From an uncultured delta proteobacterium (GTDB taxonomy: Bacteria > Myxococcota_A > Polyangia > Haliangiales > Haliangiaceae), in assembly GCA_963764695.1 (NCBI GenBank), contig CAVXTW010000015.1:285845-349844 (forward strand): a DNA stretch of 64,000 nucleotides, written 5' to 3'. Below, piece by piece: positions 36,293 to 47,052 of this stretch. The notes beneath the pieces were generated by a model. The model made no database searches, was not told the origin of the DNA, and was given only the letters and a program-made list of their open reading frames with translations. A program made the position numbers and the translations under genes. Within the stretch, counting starts at the first letter, position 1; each line of letters starts with the position of its first letter.

Positions 36293-37030
36293 ATGACCTA
36301 TCGCGACGACCTCGATGCTGCGCACGAGCGCATCGGGGCGCTCGAGCGGGAGCTCGCCGACGCGCGGCGCGAGCTCGGGGAGTCGCAGGCGCTGGCCCGG
36401 GTGGAGCGGCGCGAGCTCGCACGCGCCGAGAGCGGGACGGCGGCGACGCGCTGGTTCGGAGCGCCGACGCAGATCCGGCTCGAGCGGGTGCTGGACGTGG
36501 TCGCGCCCGAGAGCTGCTATCTCGAGATCGTCCAATATCTCGAGCGGCAGTTCGGGATCGGCGGCCGCACCAGCACGCTGCCCGGCCGGCTCGAGTGGGT
36601 CACGACGCCGCCGTCGAACGGGATCGGCCCCTTCATCACGGTGACGGTGACCGTCGTGCGAGGGTCCACGACCATCCGGGTCGAGGAGCGGGCAGGCAAC
36701 GTGGCCGGCGTCGTCTTCGGCGGCATCGGCGGCGGAGTGGGCGGCGGCGCGCTGATGGCACCGGCCGCGCTCTTCATCGTCAACCCGATCCTGGGCGCGC
36801 TCGCCGTGTCGGCGTGGCTGGGCGGCTGGTACGTCGGCTGCCGCCGCATCTTCGCCCGGTCGATGCGCAAGCGCGCGAAGCGGGCCGACGAGGCGGTGCA
36901 GGACATCGCCGACATCGTGGAGGCCGCCGCCAACGCGGAGGCCGATGCGACCCGAGCGGCGATCGAGGCCCCGGCCAGCGACGTTCGCGCGCTCACCGCC
37001 GGCGACCCGACCGTGAACGCGAGGAGGTGA
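36293..37030 (+). CDS. Hypothetical membrane protein (coiled-coil N-terminus, Gly-rich TM segment)
   Basis: 245-aa ORF with good codon periodicity and a GGIGGGVGGG...ALFIVNPILGALAV membrane stretch. Confidence 0.5.
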   Translation: MTYRDDLDAAHERIGALERELADARRELGESQALARVERRELARAESGTAATRWFGAPTQIRLERVLDVVAPESCYLEIVQYLERQFGIGGRTSTLPGRLEWVTTPPSNGIGPFITVTVTVVRGSTTIRVEERAGNVAGVVFGGIGGGVGGGALMAPAALFIVNPILGALAVSAWLGGWYVGCRRIFARSMRKRAKRADEAVQDIADIVEAAANAEADATRAAIEAPASDVRALTAGDPTVNARR

Positions 37031-38825
37031 CCACGGTCAGCGGAGCTCGATTCTGATCGAGCTCGACGCGGAACGGACCGGCGGTCGGGCCGGCTGCGAA
37101 CAGGAGCGCGACCACGGCGCGACGCCGGGCCGCCGGAATGCTGGTTAGCGTGAGCGACCGGGCGGTCCATCGCCGGGTCGCGACGAAGCTGCCGAGCTCG
37201 AGCGGTGACGAGTCGCCCAATGTGAAGGCGAGGACGCGGTAGCGAGCGCCGTCGCCGCGGGCCTGGAAGCGGAGCGCGGTGAGCCCGCTCAGATCGGCCG
37301 GCTCGGTCGCCTCGGCGCCGACGAAGGCAAGAGCGCCGGCCCACCCGGACGGCGCGACCCGCCCGGAGACGGCCAGGGCGCCCGCGGTTCCGTCGGCTCC
37401 GGGCACGATGCGCTCGACCTCTGCCTCGGATTGCCCGCCGTCGATCCGGTCGCTGCGGCCCCTCCAAGTGTCCTCGCCCTCCTCGAACGCGCCGATCGCG
37501 GCCGGCTCGAGCGGCGGCACGGCGACCGCGACGTTGGCGGCGCGCGGCCGGCGGTCGAGCCGCACCCCCGCCTTCCAGACCGCGACGATGCGGCGGGTGG
37601 CGCGGATGTCGCGGGTCGGATCGCCGTCAACCAGAACCAGGTCGGCGCGCCGCCCGACGGCGATGCGCCCGCGGTCGACGAGCCGGAACGCGTCGGCCGG
37701 CGCGCTGGTCGCGGCGGCCAAGGCCTGCGCCGGCGACAGCCCGGCATCGACGAGGAGCGCCAGCGCATCGTGCACGCTCGCCCCGTGCGCCGTGCCCGGG
37801 CTGGGCGCGTCGCTGCCGGCCAGGATCGGAACGCCGCGATCGGTCAGCTCGCGCGTCGCGGCCAGGAGAGCGCGGCAGTCGATGCCCGGGCTGAGCAGGT
37901 GGTACGACCGGCGCAGCGCGTGGGCCGAGGCGGCCGACAGATACGGCGCGACGTGCGGGTCGGCGGCCAGAGCCGGGCCGCGGGTGCCGTCGCAGACCGA
38001 GAACAGGACCGGCAACGTGGCCATGACGAACGCGCCCGAACGCGCGATCAGCTCGGCGAGGAGCGCGCTCGGCCCCTCGATGTAGAGATGTGCCAGTCCG
38101 TCGACCCCGGCGTCGATGGCCGCGGTCGCCTCCGCGTGGGTGGCGACATCGACGACCGCCACCACGCGGGCGCGGTGCGCGGCACCGACGGCGGCCACCA
38201 GCTGGGCCGGCGACAGCGACGGCGCCTGCACGCCCCAGCCGGTGCCGTGGTCGTACATGATCTCGATGTGGTCGGAGCCCTCGGCAAGACGCTGCGCGAC
38301 GAACGCGGCGGCGTCCCCGCCGGCGGCCAGAGTCGGCACCGGATCATCGCCGGTGCCGAGGCCGTCCGGCACCGTGATGGGCCACCCGGCCGAGAACAGC
38401 GCGGCCCGGGTGGGCGCACCGCTGGCACGCTCCTCGGCGCGGCGCGCGCGCGCGTGGGCCGGATCGCCCATCATGCCGATCTCGGTCGTCACGCCGAACG
38501 CCAGCGCCTGCTCGAGCGCCGCGACATCGCGCCCGTGGGTGTGAGCGTCGAGCAGGCCGGGAAGCAGTGTCTTGCCGGCTCCGTCGACGATCGTCGCGCC
38601 GTCCGGAACGTCGACCTCCGCGCCGACCGCGGCGATCGTTCCGCCACGGACCAGGACCGTCGCGCGCGGCAGGACCGCGACGCCGTCGAACACCCGCGCG
38701 TCGCGGATGGCCAGCACCGGCCCGGCCGGCCGCGGCGCGGGATCGCCGCCGCAGCCGACCACAAGGGCGAGCGCGAGAGTCACGGGTCGTCCGCCCGGGG
38801 CGGCATCAGCACGCCGAGCCGCCAT
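36993..38825 (-). CDS. Amidohydrolase-family lipoprotein with a C-terminal extra domain
   Basis: Lipobox LALALVVGCGG. Metal-dependent hydrolase motif KTLLPGLLDAHTHG. Convergent 38-nt overlap with 36293..37030. Confidence 0.8.
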   Translation of the reverse strand: MAARRADAAPGGRPVTLALALVVGCGGDPAPRPAGPVLAIRDARVFDGVAVLPRATVLVRGGTIAAVGAEVDVPDGATIVDGAGKTLLPGLLDAHTHGRDVAALEQALAFGVTTEIGMMGDPAHARARRAEERASGAPTRAALFSAGWPITVPDGLGTGDDPVPTLAAGGDAAAFVAQRLAEGSDHIEIMYDHGTGWGVQAPSLSPAQLVAAVGAAHRARVVAVVDVATHAEATAAIDAGVDGLAHLYIEGPSALLAELIARSGAFVMATLPVLFSVCDGTRGPALAADPHVAPYLSAASAHALRRSYHLLSPGIDCRALLAATRELTDRGVPILAGSDAPSPGTAHGASVHDALALLVDAGLSPAQALAAATSAPADAFRLVDRGRIAVGRRADLVLVDGDPTRDIRATRRIVAVWKAGVRLDRRPRAANVAVAVPPLEPAAIGAFEEGEDTWRGRSDRIDGGQSEAEVERIVPGADGTAGALAVSGRVAPSGWAGALAFVGAEATEPADLSGLTALRFQARGDGARYRVLAFTLGDSSPLELGSFVATRRWTARSLTLTSIPAARRRAVVALLFAAGPTAGPFRVELDQNRAPLTVVTSSRSRSGRRR

Positions 38826-38867
38826 TTCCTCGCACCTTAGCGCAACGAGGCGCAGCGCGCGACGGCG

Positions 38868-41241
38868 TCAGTCCACGTGCGGGCACTCCGCGCCGTCGAG
38901 GCCGTCGGCGTTGTTGCTCTCGTCGCACTCCGCGATCGCTCCCCCGCCCGAGCCCGGGTCGACCCTCGCGAAGTAGTTGGCGCTCGTCTCCGGCTCGTCG
39001 ACCTGGAGCGCCACGGTTGTCGAACTGTCCGGGCAGGAGCGGGATGGCGGTGCTGGCGGTGCCGAGCAGCGCGCCCGACGAGCTCGTGCCCAGGTGGAAC
39101 GCGACCGGAACGCCCATCGGCACGCCGAGCGCACCCAGGTTGGTCACGCGCGCGCGCAGCTCGACCTTGCCCTGGTTGCACGGGTCGAGGCTGAGCGAGA
39201 GGTCGAGCGCGAGATCGGGCGCATTGAAGATGCCGTCGCCCTGCACGTTCTGGCGGTAGTTGTTGAGGCCGGCCTGGGTCCAGTTGTCGGCCTCGACCAT
39301 CGGGACGTTGCCGGCCGAGGTCGCGTTGCTCACGTGGTACGCGTGCTGGGTCCACACCTTGCGGGTCGGGACCCACTCGTCATTGGCGTCGCCGTACATG
39401 AACAGGCCCTTCCGGGCCGGCACGTCGAGGCCGCAGTTGCCCTCCGCGTTGGTCTCGTTGGCCACCACCAGGATCTCCGAGTTGCCGTCGCCGTCGGCGT
39501 CCACGACGATCGGGTACTCGTGGATGGTGCCGGTGGTGTTCGGGATCTCGAGCTGGACGGATCCGTCGGTGCCGGTGTACACGCGCATGTAGCACTCGTC
39601 GGCGTAGACCACCTCGGCCGCGCTGTCGCCCTGGAAGTCGAACACCGACGATCCGGTCGCGTTGGACGACAGGTCGTGTGTCTCCTGCGACCAGCGGACG
39701 AAGATGGCGCCGTCGGCCGGCTCCGGCACACCGTCGGGGATCGCCTCGCCGCTGCGCGCGAGATCGTAGACCGAGTAGCTGTAGCCACCCGCGACGCCGA
39801 TCTCCGGCCGTCCATCGCCGTCGAAGTCGCCGATGGTGGGCGGGCCGCCGCGGTTGTTGGCCACCTGGCCCGGGATCGCGATCGGCTGGGTGCGCAGGCC
39901 GTCGTTGCCATCGCACGCCACGCCGGTCGGGTCGATGCCGCACCACAGCGCGCCGGTCTGGCCGTCGAGCGCGATGACCCGACCGTTGGCGACCAGGACG
40001 ACCTCGGGATCGCCGTCGTCGTCGAGGTCGGCCACCGCCGGGTAGCCGTCGTCGCCGGCGTAGGTCCAGTACGGCGTCACGAGCACGGTCGGCGGCGCGC
40101 CGCTCACGCCGTCGGTCCAGGCCACCTTCCAGGCGTGCTTGCCCGAGACGATCTCGGGATCACCGTCGCCGTCGAGGTCCGCCACCGCGGAGATGCCGCC
40201 CAGGTAGCCATTGTTGCTGCCGAGCTGGCCCCCGGCGCCGTTCACGCCGCCGTCCCACACGACGAGGCCGTCATTGTCGAGCAAGGTGCCGCCGAAGACG
40301 ATCTCGGCTTCGGCATCGCCGTCGAAGTTGGCCAGAGTGGCGCCGCCGTTCTCGATGCGCAGGCCGTAGTCGGCGCTCGACGCGTCGTGCGAGCGCCACA
40401 GCAGCGCGCCGGTGCGGTCGATGGCGACGATGAGGCTGCGCCCGCTGACCGGACGGGCCGCGTAGATGATGTCCGGCGCGCCGTCACCCGACACGTCGCC
40501 CAGCGCGATGGTCGACCGCCCGTGGGAGCCGTAGCTCGTGGGCGGGTCGTGCGGCACCGCGGGCAGCACCACCTCGCCGGTGGCTCCGTCGAGGATCGCG
40601 ATCGAGCCTACCGGCCAGTCGGTCGGGTTGGGGAGCTGGCGGGCCAGGTTGACCACCACCTCCGGCGCGCCCTGCCCGTCCAGGTTGGCGACCACCGGGA
40701 TCGAGATGATCTCGTCGCTGGTGAACGACCACTCCTCGACCACCGACAGGGTGTCGAAGACAGGCGAGTACTCGCAGGTGAGCTCGGTCGGCTGGGAAAG
40801 ACACTGGCCGAGGGTGGGCTCGCAGAAGTTGCCCGGGTCGCAGTCGTAGGCGTCCTGGCAGCTCGCGCCGGGCACCTCGCACTCGCCGTTCACGCACACA
40901 TTGCCCGCGTCGCAGCACACCGACTGGTCGCTGCCGCAGCGGACGCCGCTCTCACATGCAGGGAGGCATGCGTCGTCGACACACTCGTTGCCGGCCGCGC
41001 AGCAGCTGGCCGGACTGCCACACAGCGCACCTCCGGTGCATGGATCCCCGGCATCGACATCGCCGGACTGATCGTCCCCCGGATCCCCACCTCCGGCGTC
41101 ATCGGCCTCATCATCGCCGCCGTCATCGGCGCCCGCGTCAGGATCGCCGGATCCCGGTCCGCCAGCGCCGGCGCAGGCAGCAAGGATGTAGGCGAGCGCG
41201 AGAGCGCTGCAGAGATTCAACCACCGACCCATCCACCGCAT
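38868..41241 (-). CDS. FG-GAP/integrin-alpha-like repeat lipoprotein with Cys-rich N-terminal region; frameshift near 39030 (ORF track continues to 38806 in the wrong frame)
   Basis: Lipoprotein signal MRWMGRWLNLCSALALAYILAAC. Repeats of the DFDGDGRPE/DLDGDGDPE/DVSGDGAPD type. The real C-terminus (VDEPETSANYFARVDPGSGGGAIAECDESNNADGLDGAECPHVD) is in ORF 38868..39134. Confidence 0.75.
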
Positions 41242-41369
41242 CTATCGAAGCTCCTGGGTAGGCGCGCGAACCGTCGTGTTCCGCACGCACATCCCCAGCG
41301 CTGTTTCGGCGGTATTCGGGCGATCTGAAGGGCCGGGCAGCTCGTCGTCGCCGCCGCCCGGCCGGCACG

Positions 41370-42605
41370 TCACCGCGCCGCGGCTGCGACCTTGCTACCG
41401 TAGACCGCGCCGGCGATGTCGGACGAGAACGCGCCGCTCATCCCCTCGACGCCGGTGTTGGTGATGACGACCACCGAGAGTTGCCGAGCGGGATCGACCC
41501 ACCAGCTGTGCCCGTAGACACCGCCCCAGCGCCAGCTGCCGGCCGAGAGCGGCACCTTGGCTGCGACCGGATCTTCGACCACGGAGAAGCCGAGACCGAA
41601 GCCCCAGCCGGGGCCGAGGAACGACTCGGCCAGCTTGCCCACCTGGTTGCGGGTCATCTCGCGCACGGTCGCCGGCTTCAGGATCGGCGCCCCGCCAGCG
41701 CGCAGCGCCTCGAGGAAGCGAAGGAAGTCGCCCGCGGTACCTGCCATGCCCGCACCTCCTGACGGGTACGAGGCCGGGTCGAAGATGCGCGCGGGGGCGT
41801 AGCGCAGCGCGCTGGCGGCGAATGCCAGCGAGTGATCGGCCGACATCCGCGCCGGACGCGGGCGGGCGTCCGCGTAGGGCGTGGCGAGCCGCTGCCGATC
41901 GTCGACCGCGAACCCGGTGTCGCGCATGCCCAGCGGCTCCGTCACGGTGCGCTTCACGACCTCTGGCAGTGTGCCGCCGCCCGCGCGCCCGACGATCTCA
42001 CCCAGGACGTCCGTCGCGAGCGAGTAGCTCCAGCCGGTGCCGGGCTCGTACAGGAGAGGTACAGACGCGAGCCGGCGCGCGTTCTCCTCGAACGACAGGC
42101 CGGGCTGATCGAAGCCATTGGACACCTTCGCCACGTGATACGGCCCGTCCTCCTTCTCGAAGAAGGGATAGCTGAGCCCGGCGGTGTGCGTGATGAGGTG
42201 GCGCACGGTGATGACCGGCTCCCGTCCATCCGCGAGCTTCGGCCTGAAGTCCGGCAGCCAGCGCGTGACCGGATCGTCGAGACCGAGCTTCCCGGCGTCG
42301 ACGAGGGCGAGCGCCGCCGCCGAGACGATCGGCTTGGTCACCGACGAGAACAGCACGATCGAATCCTCGCGCATCGGCCGCGCCGATTCCCGGTCGGCCA
42401 GACCCGCGGCACGGCGATAGACCACCTCGCCTCCCCGCGCCACCATGACGACGGCGCCGACCACGCGCTCATCGGCGATCGCCCGGTCGATGACCGCGTC
42501 GATTCGCTGTGCCAGCGGATCCGGCGGCGGAGCGGACTGAGCCCCACCGCAGGCGGCGACGAAGGAAAGCAGGACGAAGGGCAGCGCGCGCGATCGTGGG
42601 TGCAT
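41370..42605 (-). CDS. Serine hydrolase, beta-lactamase/transpeptidase-like family lipoprotein
   Basis: Signal/lipobox MHPRSRALPFVLLSFVAACGG. SxxK motif (FSSVTKP). Confidence 0.85.
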   Translation of the reverse strand: MHPRSRALPFVLLSFVAACGGAQSAPPPDPLAQRIDAVIDRAIADERVVGAVVMVARGGEVVYRRAAGLADRESARPMREDSIVLFSSVTKPIVSAAALALVDAGKLGLDDPVTRWLPDFRPKLADGREPVITVRHLITHTAGLSYPFFEKEDGPYHVAKVSNGFDQPGLSFEENARRLASVPLLYEPGTGWSYSLATDVLGEIVGRAGGGTLPEVVKRTVTEPLGMRDTGFAVDDRQRLATPYADARPRPARMSADHSLAFAASALRYAPARIFDPASYPSGGAGMAGTAGDFLRFLEALRAGGAPILKPATVREMTRNQVGKLAESFLGPGWGFGLGFSVVEDPVAAKVPLSAGSWRWGGVYGHSWWVDPARQLSVVVITNTGVEGMSGAFSSDIAGAVYGSKVAAAAR

Positions 42606-42716
42606 CCGGACCTCTGGAGTGGAAGATCCCAGTCATGTGAGGCGCTGACCAGCGGCGTCAAGCGACCGGACCTACATGGACACTGGGAGTGACCACAGCT
42701 AGCCTGGAACTTACCC

Positions 42717-43532
42717 GTGCGAGCGAGCCCAATATTTGTGGCAGTCGTGCCCGCTTGGCACGCCGCCGCACTTGCAGTCTCGATCGCCGCAGTGCTGGTC
42801 TGCGGTGCGTGCACCTCCGCCAAGTTCGGCGATGGGGCAGCCGGTGAAGATGCGGGCGTCGAGAGCGACGCGGGCGGAGGCGAAGTCGAGCCCACCCCCG
42901 ACGCCGCGCCTCCTGCCGCGGACGCCGGGCGCATCGTCCTGACGCAGTCGCAGAGCATGGACATCGTCGGCTTCACCGGGGTGGCCTGCTTCGACGACAA
43001 CGACGTCGAGACGGTCAACAGCTTCTACCGGGTGTTCGATCTGGCGACCGAGGGTATCGCCGGCCCGATCGAGGTGACCAAGGTGATCTTCGGGGTCGAG
43101 GAGTCGGTATCGGGCAGCACGGGGCTGCCGGCCACCGTCATCCTCCGCACGCTCGACGGCGAGTTCACCGCCGACCAGAATCAGCTCGCCCTCGCCAACA
43201 TGAGCGGCCCGCCGCTCGGCAGCGCCGAGACCGTGATTCCCGAGGTCGCGTTCCCGGGCAAGGGCCAGCTGGGCGGCATCCTGCACGAGGTCCCGATCCA
43301 GGCGACGGTCCCGGCTGGCTCTCGCCTCGTCGTCGAGGTCGCGCACCAGGCGCTGCAGCCGGGCCAGGCCCTGCTCCTGGGCGCCAATCGCCTCGCCCAG
43401 GACGGCTTCACCTACTGGCGCGCGGCCGAGTGCGATCTCGCCGAGCCGGTCAACCCGGACACCGTCGACGACGATGCCGGCGACCCGTTCATCATGCACT
43501 GGGTCCTCGTGGTCGAGGGCACCGGCGGGTAG
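42717..43532 (+). CDS. Hypothetical secreted/lipoprotein
   Basis: 271-aa ORF with N-terminal hydrophobic segment and a Cys (AVLVCGAC). No recognisable domain. Confidence 0.5.
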   Translation: MRASPIFVAVVPAWHAAALAVSIAAVLVCGACTSAKFGDGAAGEDAGVESDAGGGEVEPTPDAAPPAADAGRIVLTQSQSMDIVGFTGVACFDDNDVETVNSFYRVFDLATEGIAGPIEVTKVIFGVEESVSGSTGLPATVILRTLDGEFTADQNQLALANMSGPPLGSAETVIPEVAFPGKGQLGGILHEVPIQATVPAGSRLVVEVAHQALQPGQALLLGANRLAQDGFTYWRAAECDLAEPVNPDTVDDDAGDPFIMHWVLVVEGTGG

Positions 43533-43595
43533 CGCCGGGCCGGCGTCCACGACGCAGCAAGATGCCCTCGCGGCGGGGGCGGCTATACTCGGCCG

Positions 43596-45236
43596 ATGCC
43601 GGCGCGTCCTGGCCTCCACGAGAACGCGCTGGCCCGTGATCCGAGCAGCCCTCTGGTTGACACCGTGGAGGCGCGCGCCTTCTTCCAGTCGCGCCTGGCC
43701 ACGTTCGCGCTGGCCACTCTTCTCCTGTCGGGAACCGCCTGGCTGTCGCTGGCGGTGGCGCAGCTTGTCGTCGGCGGCGACCCGTCGGTCGATCACGCCC
43801 CGTTCTCGACCGGCGGCACGCTCCACTTCATCGGAGTGCTCGGAGCCGCAGCGATGTGGCTGGCGACTCGCCGTGGCGAGCGCGCTCCCTCGGTGCTCCA
43901 TGCCTTCGACATCGGCGGGACCCTCGCGATCATCGGCCTGTTCGTGGCCGCCGGCGGCGTGCTGGCGCCGGGGATAGGCACGTTCGTCGGGTTGCTCGCC
44001 TTCCTGATGGGCACGCTGACCCGCGCGGTCGTCGTCCCCAGCACCGCGCGCCGCAGTCTGTTCGTCGGACTGATGATCGCCGCCGAGGTGATGGCGTTTG
44101 CCGTCTTGAGCGACCAGTCGGCCGGTCGCGGAGCTGTCCAGGCGGTGGTGGCGACGACGTGCTGGGGCCTGGCCGGAGTCGCCCTGGGCACCTTCGCCTC
44201 GCACACCATCTTCGGCCTCCGCCGGCAGGTGCGCCGCGCCCACGTACTCGGTCAGTACCGGCTCGAGGCCAAGATCGGCGAGGGCGGGATGGGCGAGGTG
44301 TGGCGGGCCAGCCACGCCTTGCTGTGCAGGCCGACCGCGGTGAAGCTCTTGCCGCCGGAGCGGATGGGCGAGGACGCGATCCGCCGCTTCGAGCGCGAGG
44401 TGCAGATGACCGCGCGGCTGACCCACCCGGGCACGGTCGCGATCTACGACTACGGGCGCACTCGCGACGGCATCTTCTACTACGCGATGGAGCTGCTCGA
44501 CGGGACCGATCTCGAGAGCCTGGTCAGGCAGCACGGACCGCAGCCATCCGGGCGGGTGGTGCACATCCTGGTGCAGATCTGCGGCGCGCTGGCGGAGGCC
44601 CACGACCTCGGGCTCGTCCATCGCGATGTGAAGCCGGCCAACATTCTGCTCTCACCGCGCAGCGGCGAGCACGAGTTCGCCAAGATCCTCGACTTCGGCC
44701 TGGTCAAGGCGATACCGAGCGAGCTCCAGCTGGAGACGGCGCTCTCGGGGGCCAACACCATCACCGGGACTCCGCTCTACATCTCGCCGGAGGCGATCCG
44801 CACGCCGAAATCGGTCGACGGACGGAGCGATCTCTACGCGCTCGGCGCGGTGGCGTGGTTCCTTCTGGTCGGCCGCCCGCCGTTCGGAGGCCAGAACATG
44901 CTGGAGGTGTGCAGCAAGCACCTCCAGACCGCGCCGGAGCGCCCATCGACAGCCCTCGGTCAGCCGGTTCCCCCGGATCTGGAGGAAGCGGTGCTCGCCT
45001 GCCTCGAGAAGCGTCCGGAGGCGCGCCCCGCCGGTGCACGCGCGCTGCGCGACCTTCTCGAGCGCTCGACCGCCGCAGGGCAGTGGAGCGCGACGGACGC
45101 GGCGGCCTGGTGGCAAGAGCGCCAGCCGAGGACAGCGGCCAGCGTCGAGCACGCACTCGGCCGCACGATCGAGCTCGACATGGACGCGCGGGCGACGACG
45201 ACCGTCGGGGCGAAGAGCCGGGCCCCGGAGGGCTGA
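43596..45236 (+). CDS. Membrane-anchored Ser/Thr protein kinase
   Basis: Several N-terminal TM helices, then a Hanks kinase domain (GEGGMGEVWRA...AVKLL...HRDVKPANILL...DFG). Confidence 0.85.
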   Translation: MPARPGLHENALARDPSSPLVDTVEARAFFQSRLATFALATLLLSGTAWLSLAVAQLVVGGDPSVDHAPFSTGGTLHFIGVLGAAAMWLATRRGERAPSVLHAFDIGGTLAIIGLFVAAGGVLAPGIGTFVGLLAFLMGTLTRAVVVPSTARRSLFVGLMIAAEVMAFAVLSDQSAGRGAVQAVVATTCWGLAGVALGTFASHTIFGLRRQVRRAHVLGQYRLEAKIGEGGMGEVWRASHALLCRPTAVKLLPPERMGEDAIRRFEREVQMTARLTHPGTVAIYDYGRTRDGIFYYAMELLDGTDLESLVRQHGPQPSGRVVHILVQICGALAEAHDLGLVHRDVKPANILLSPRSGEHEFAKILDFGLVKAIPSELQLETALSGANTITGTPLYISPEAIRTPKSVDGRSDLYALGAVAWFLLVGRPPFGGQNMLEVCSKHLQTAPERPSTALGQPVPPDLEEAVLACLEKRPEARPAGARALRDLLERSTAAGQWSATDAAAWWQERQPRTAASVEHALGRTIELDMDARATTTVGAKSRAPEG

Positions 45237-45244
45237 CGCTGGAC

Positions 45245-45808
45245 TCAGCGGAGCCGGGCCCGGTACCCGGTTCCGTCGTGCTCGACCAGGTACGAGGCGG
45301 CGTTTCCGACCGCGGCGACGTCGGGGCCGAGGAGCTCGACGAGCCAGAGGCGCATGACGCCGCCGTGGGTGACGACCAGCGCGGGGCCGCCGTCGGTGCC
45401 CGCGATGCGATCGAGGGCGCGAGAGATCCGAGCGATGGCGTCGGCGCGCGACTCCGCGCCGGCCGGTGCCTCTCGCCGGGCGAGGTAGGTCTGCCAGGCC
45501 TCCGGGTGCCGGGCCGCGCACTCGTCACCGGTCAGGCCCTCGAAGATGCCGTAGCGACGCTCGCGGAGGTCCGGATCGAGCGCCGGCGCGGACAGGCCGA
45601 GCGCCGCGGCGACGATCTCGCCGGTCTGCCGGGCACGGGCCAGGTCGCTGGTCCAGATCGCCGTCACGCCGGCATCCGCGATCGCGTCGGCCAGGGCGCG
45701 CGCCTGGCCGCGCCCGATCTCGTCGAGCGGGACGTCGGTGTGACCCTGGAGCCTGCCGAGCGCGTTCCAGGCGGTCTGGCCGTGCCGGGCAAGAAGAAGC
45801 GGTCGCAT
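45245..45808 (-). CDS. Histidine phosphatase (phosphoglycerate mutase-like) family protein
   Basis: LLARHGQTAWN catalytic His motif. Confidence 0.85.
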   Translation of the reverse strand: MRPLLLARHGQTAWNALGRLQGHTDVPLDEIGRGQARALADAIADAGVTAIWTSDLARARQTGEIVAAALGLSAPALDPDLRERRYGIFEGLTGDECAARHPEAWQTYLARREAPAGAESRADAIARISRALDRIAGTDGGPALVVTHGGVMRLWLVELLGPDVAAVGNAASYLVEHDGTGYRARLR

Positions 45809-46138
45809 CGACCCTGCACTCTAGCGCAGCTCGCGGAATCGGCTGCGTCAGCGGATCCTGCTCGAGCGCACGCTGGACCGCGAAGCCGGCGCGCTCCAGC
45901 CAGGAGCGCACCTCGGGGCAGAACCCCGCGGCCGAGCGAGGTAGGCGACGAAGGTCGGCTGGGTCATGGCAGGACGCCCGCACGGGGCGACCTGTCTCGG
46001 ATCGGCCGCTCCGCTCCGCACGTTTAGCCGGCCGTGATGCTCCCGACCCACCCCCAGGCGTGCCTGCCGTCGCAGGGGGGACGTCGATCGCTCAAGTCGG
46101 CACGCCCGCGGCCGATCTCCACGCGAAGGGGGTCGGTA

Positions 46139-46487
46139 TTGAGCAAGCGCGTCCTCGTCGTAGACGATTCCGCGACGGTCCGCCAGATGGTGGGCACTAC
46201 GCTCGGGCAGGCCGGCTACGAGATCGTGGAAGCCGTCAACGGCGTCGACGGTCTGAGCAAGCTGTCCGACTACACCGACATCTCGATGGTGATCTGCGAC
46301 ATCAACATGCCGCGGATGAGCGGCCTCGAGATGATGGAGCAGATCGCCCAGAGCAAGGCGATCAAGAAGGTTCCGGTCGTGATGCTCACGACGGAGGGCC
46401 AGCCGGCGCTCATCCAGCGGGCGCGCCAGGCAGGGGCCAAGGGCTGGCTCGTCAAAGCCGTTCAAGCCCGAGCTTCTCCTCGCCACC
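46139..46487 (+). CDS. CheY-like response regulator receiver; frame break at ~46455 causes read-through into the downstream ORF
   Basis: TTG start with a GAAGGGGG RBS. Sequence SKRVLVVDDSATVRQ...DISMVICDINMPRMSGLEMM...KGWLVK. Removing one g restores the typical PFKPELLLATVNKLTALRR tail. Confidence 0.65.
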
Positions 46488-46526
46488 GTGAACAAGCTGA
46501 CCGCCTTGAGGAGGTCAGGAGCCGTC

Positions 46527-47030
46527 ATGCACAACGACAAGGTTCTGCAAGATCTCCTGATCCAGTGCGCCGGCGCGCTGTTCGCCGACTACAACCGACC
46601 TCTCACGTACACCGGTGCGAGATCGTCGGAGAGTCAGTCCTTCGTGCTTTCGGGGGTGATCGGGTTCGCCGGCAGAGACATGCGCGGCATGCTGCTCCTG
46701 GCCATGACGAGGGAGCTGCTCGAGGAGCTGAGCCCCAGCACCGCCTTCATGCGCGACTGGATCGCCGAGCTGTCCAACCAGCTGTTCGGCCGGTTCAAGA
46801 ACCAGCTCTTGCGCTACGGCACCGAGATCTACGGAACCACTCCGTCGGTGTTGCGCGGAGAGCTGCTCACGCCGCTACAACCAAGCGCGCTCGCCGGCCA
46901 TTGCTTCGAGTCTGCCCGGGGCAGGGCCTGTGTGTGGCTCGACACCGAGACCCGGGAGGGCTTCGCGCTCCCGGAACCGTCCGCAGAAGCCGTCGCCGAG
47001 GCCGAGGGCGGGGCGATCTTTTTCGACTGA
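46527..47030 (+). CDS. CheX/CheC-like phosphatase-fold protein
   Basis: GGAGG RBS, then MHNDKVLQDLLIQCAG...VLSGVIGFAGRDMRGMLLLAMTRELLEEL. Confidence 0.55.
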   Translation: MHNDKVLQDLLIQCAGALFADYNRPLTYTGARSSESQSFVLSGVIGFAGRDMRGMLLLAMTRELLEELSPSTAFMRDWIAELSNQLFGRFKNQLLRYGTEIYGTTPSVLRGELLTPLQPSALAGHCFESARGRACVWLDTETREGFALPEPSAEAVAEAEGGAIFFD

Positions 47031-47052
47031 ACCGGACCAGGCCGCCGAACCC

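Noticed and set aside
45525-45983. Small minus-strand ORFs between the histidine phosphatase and CheY genes (MTQPTFVAYLARPRG... / ...FCPEVRSWLERAGFAVQRALEQDP...)
   Set aside because: Two overlapping frames with no RBS or domain, one running into the phosphatase gene. This may be a small gene broken by an indel, but there is not enough support to call it.
45848-46540. 230-aa minus-strand ORF
   Set aside because: It is antisense to the well-supported CheY receiver gene and its product is His/Arg-rich low-complexity sequence.
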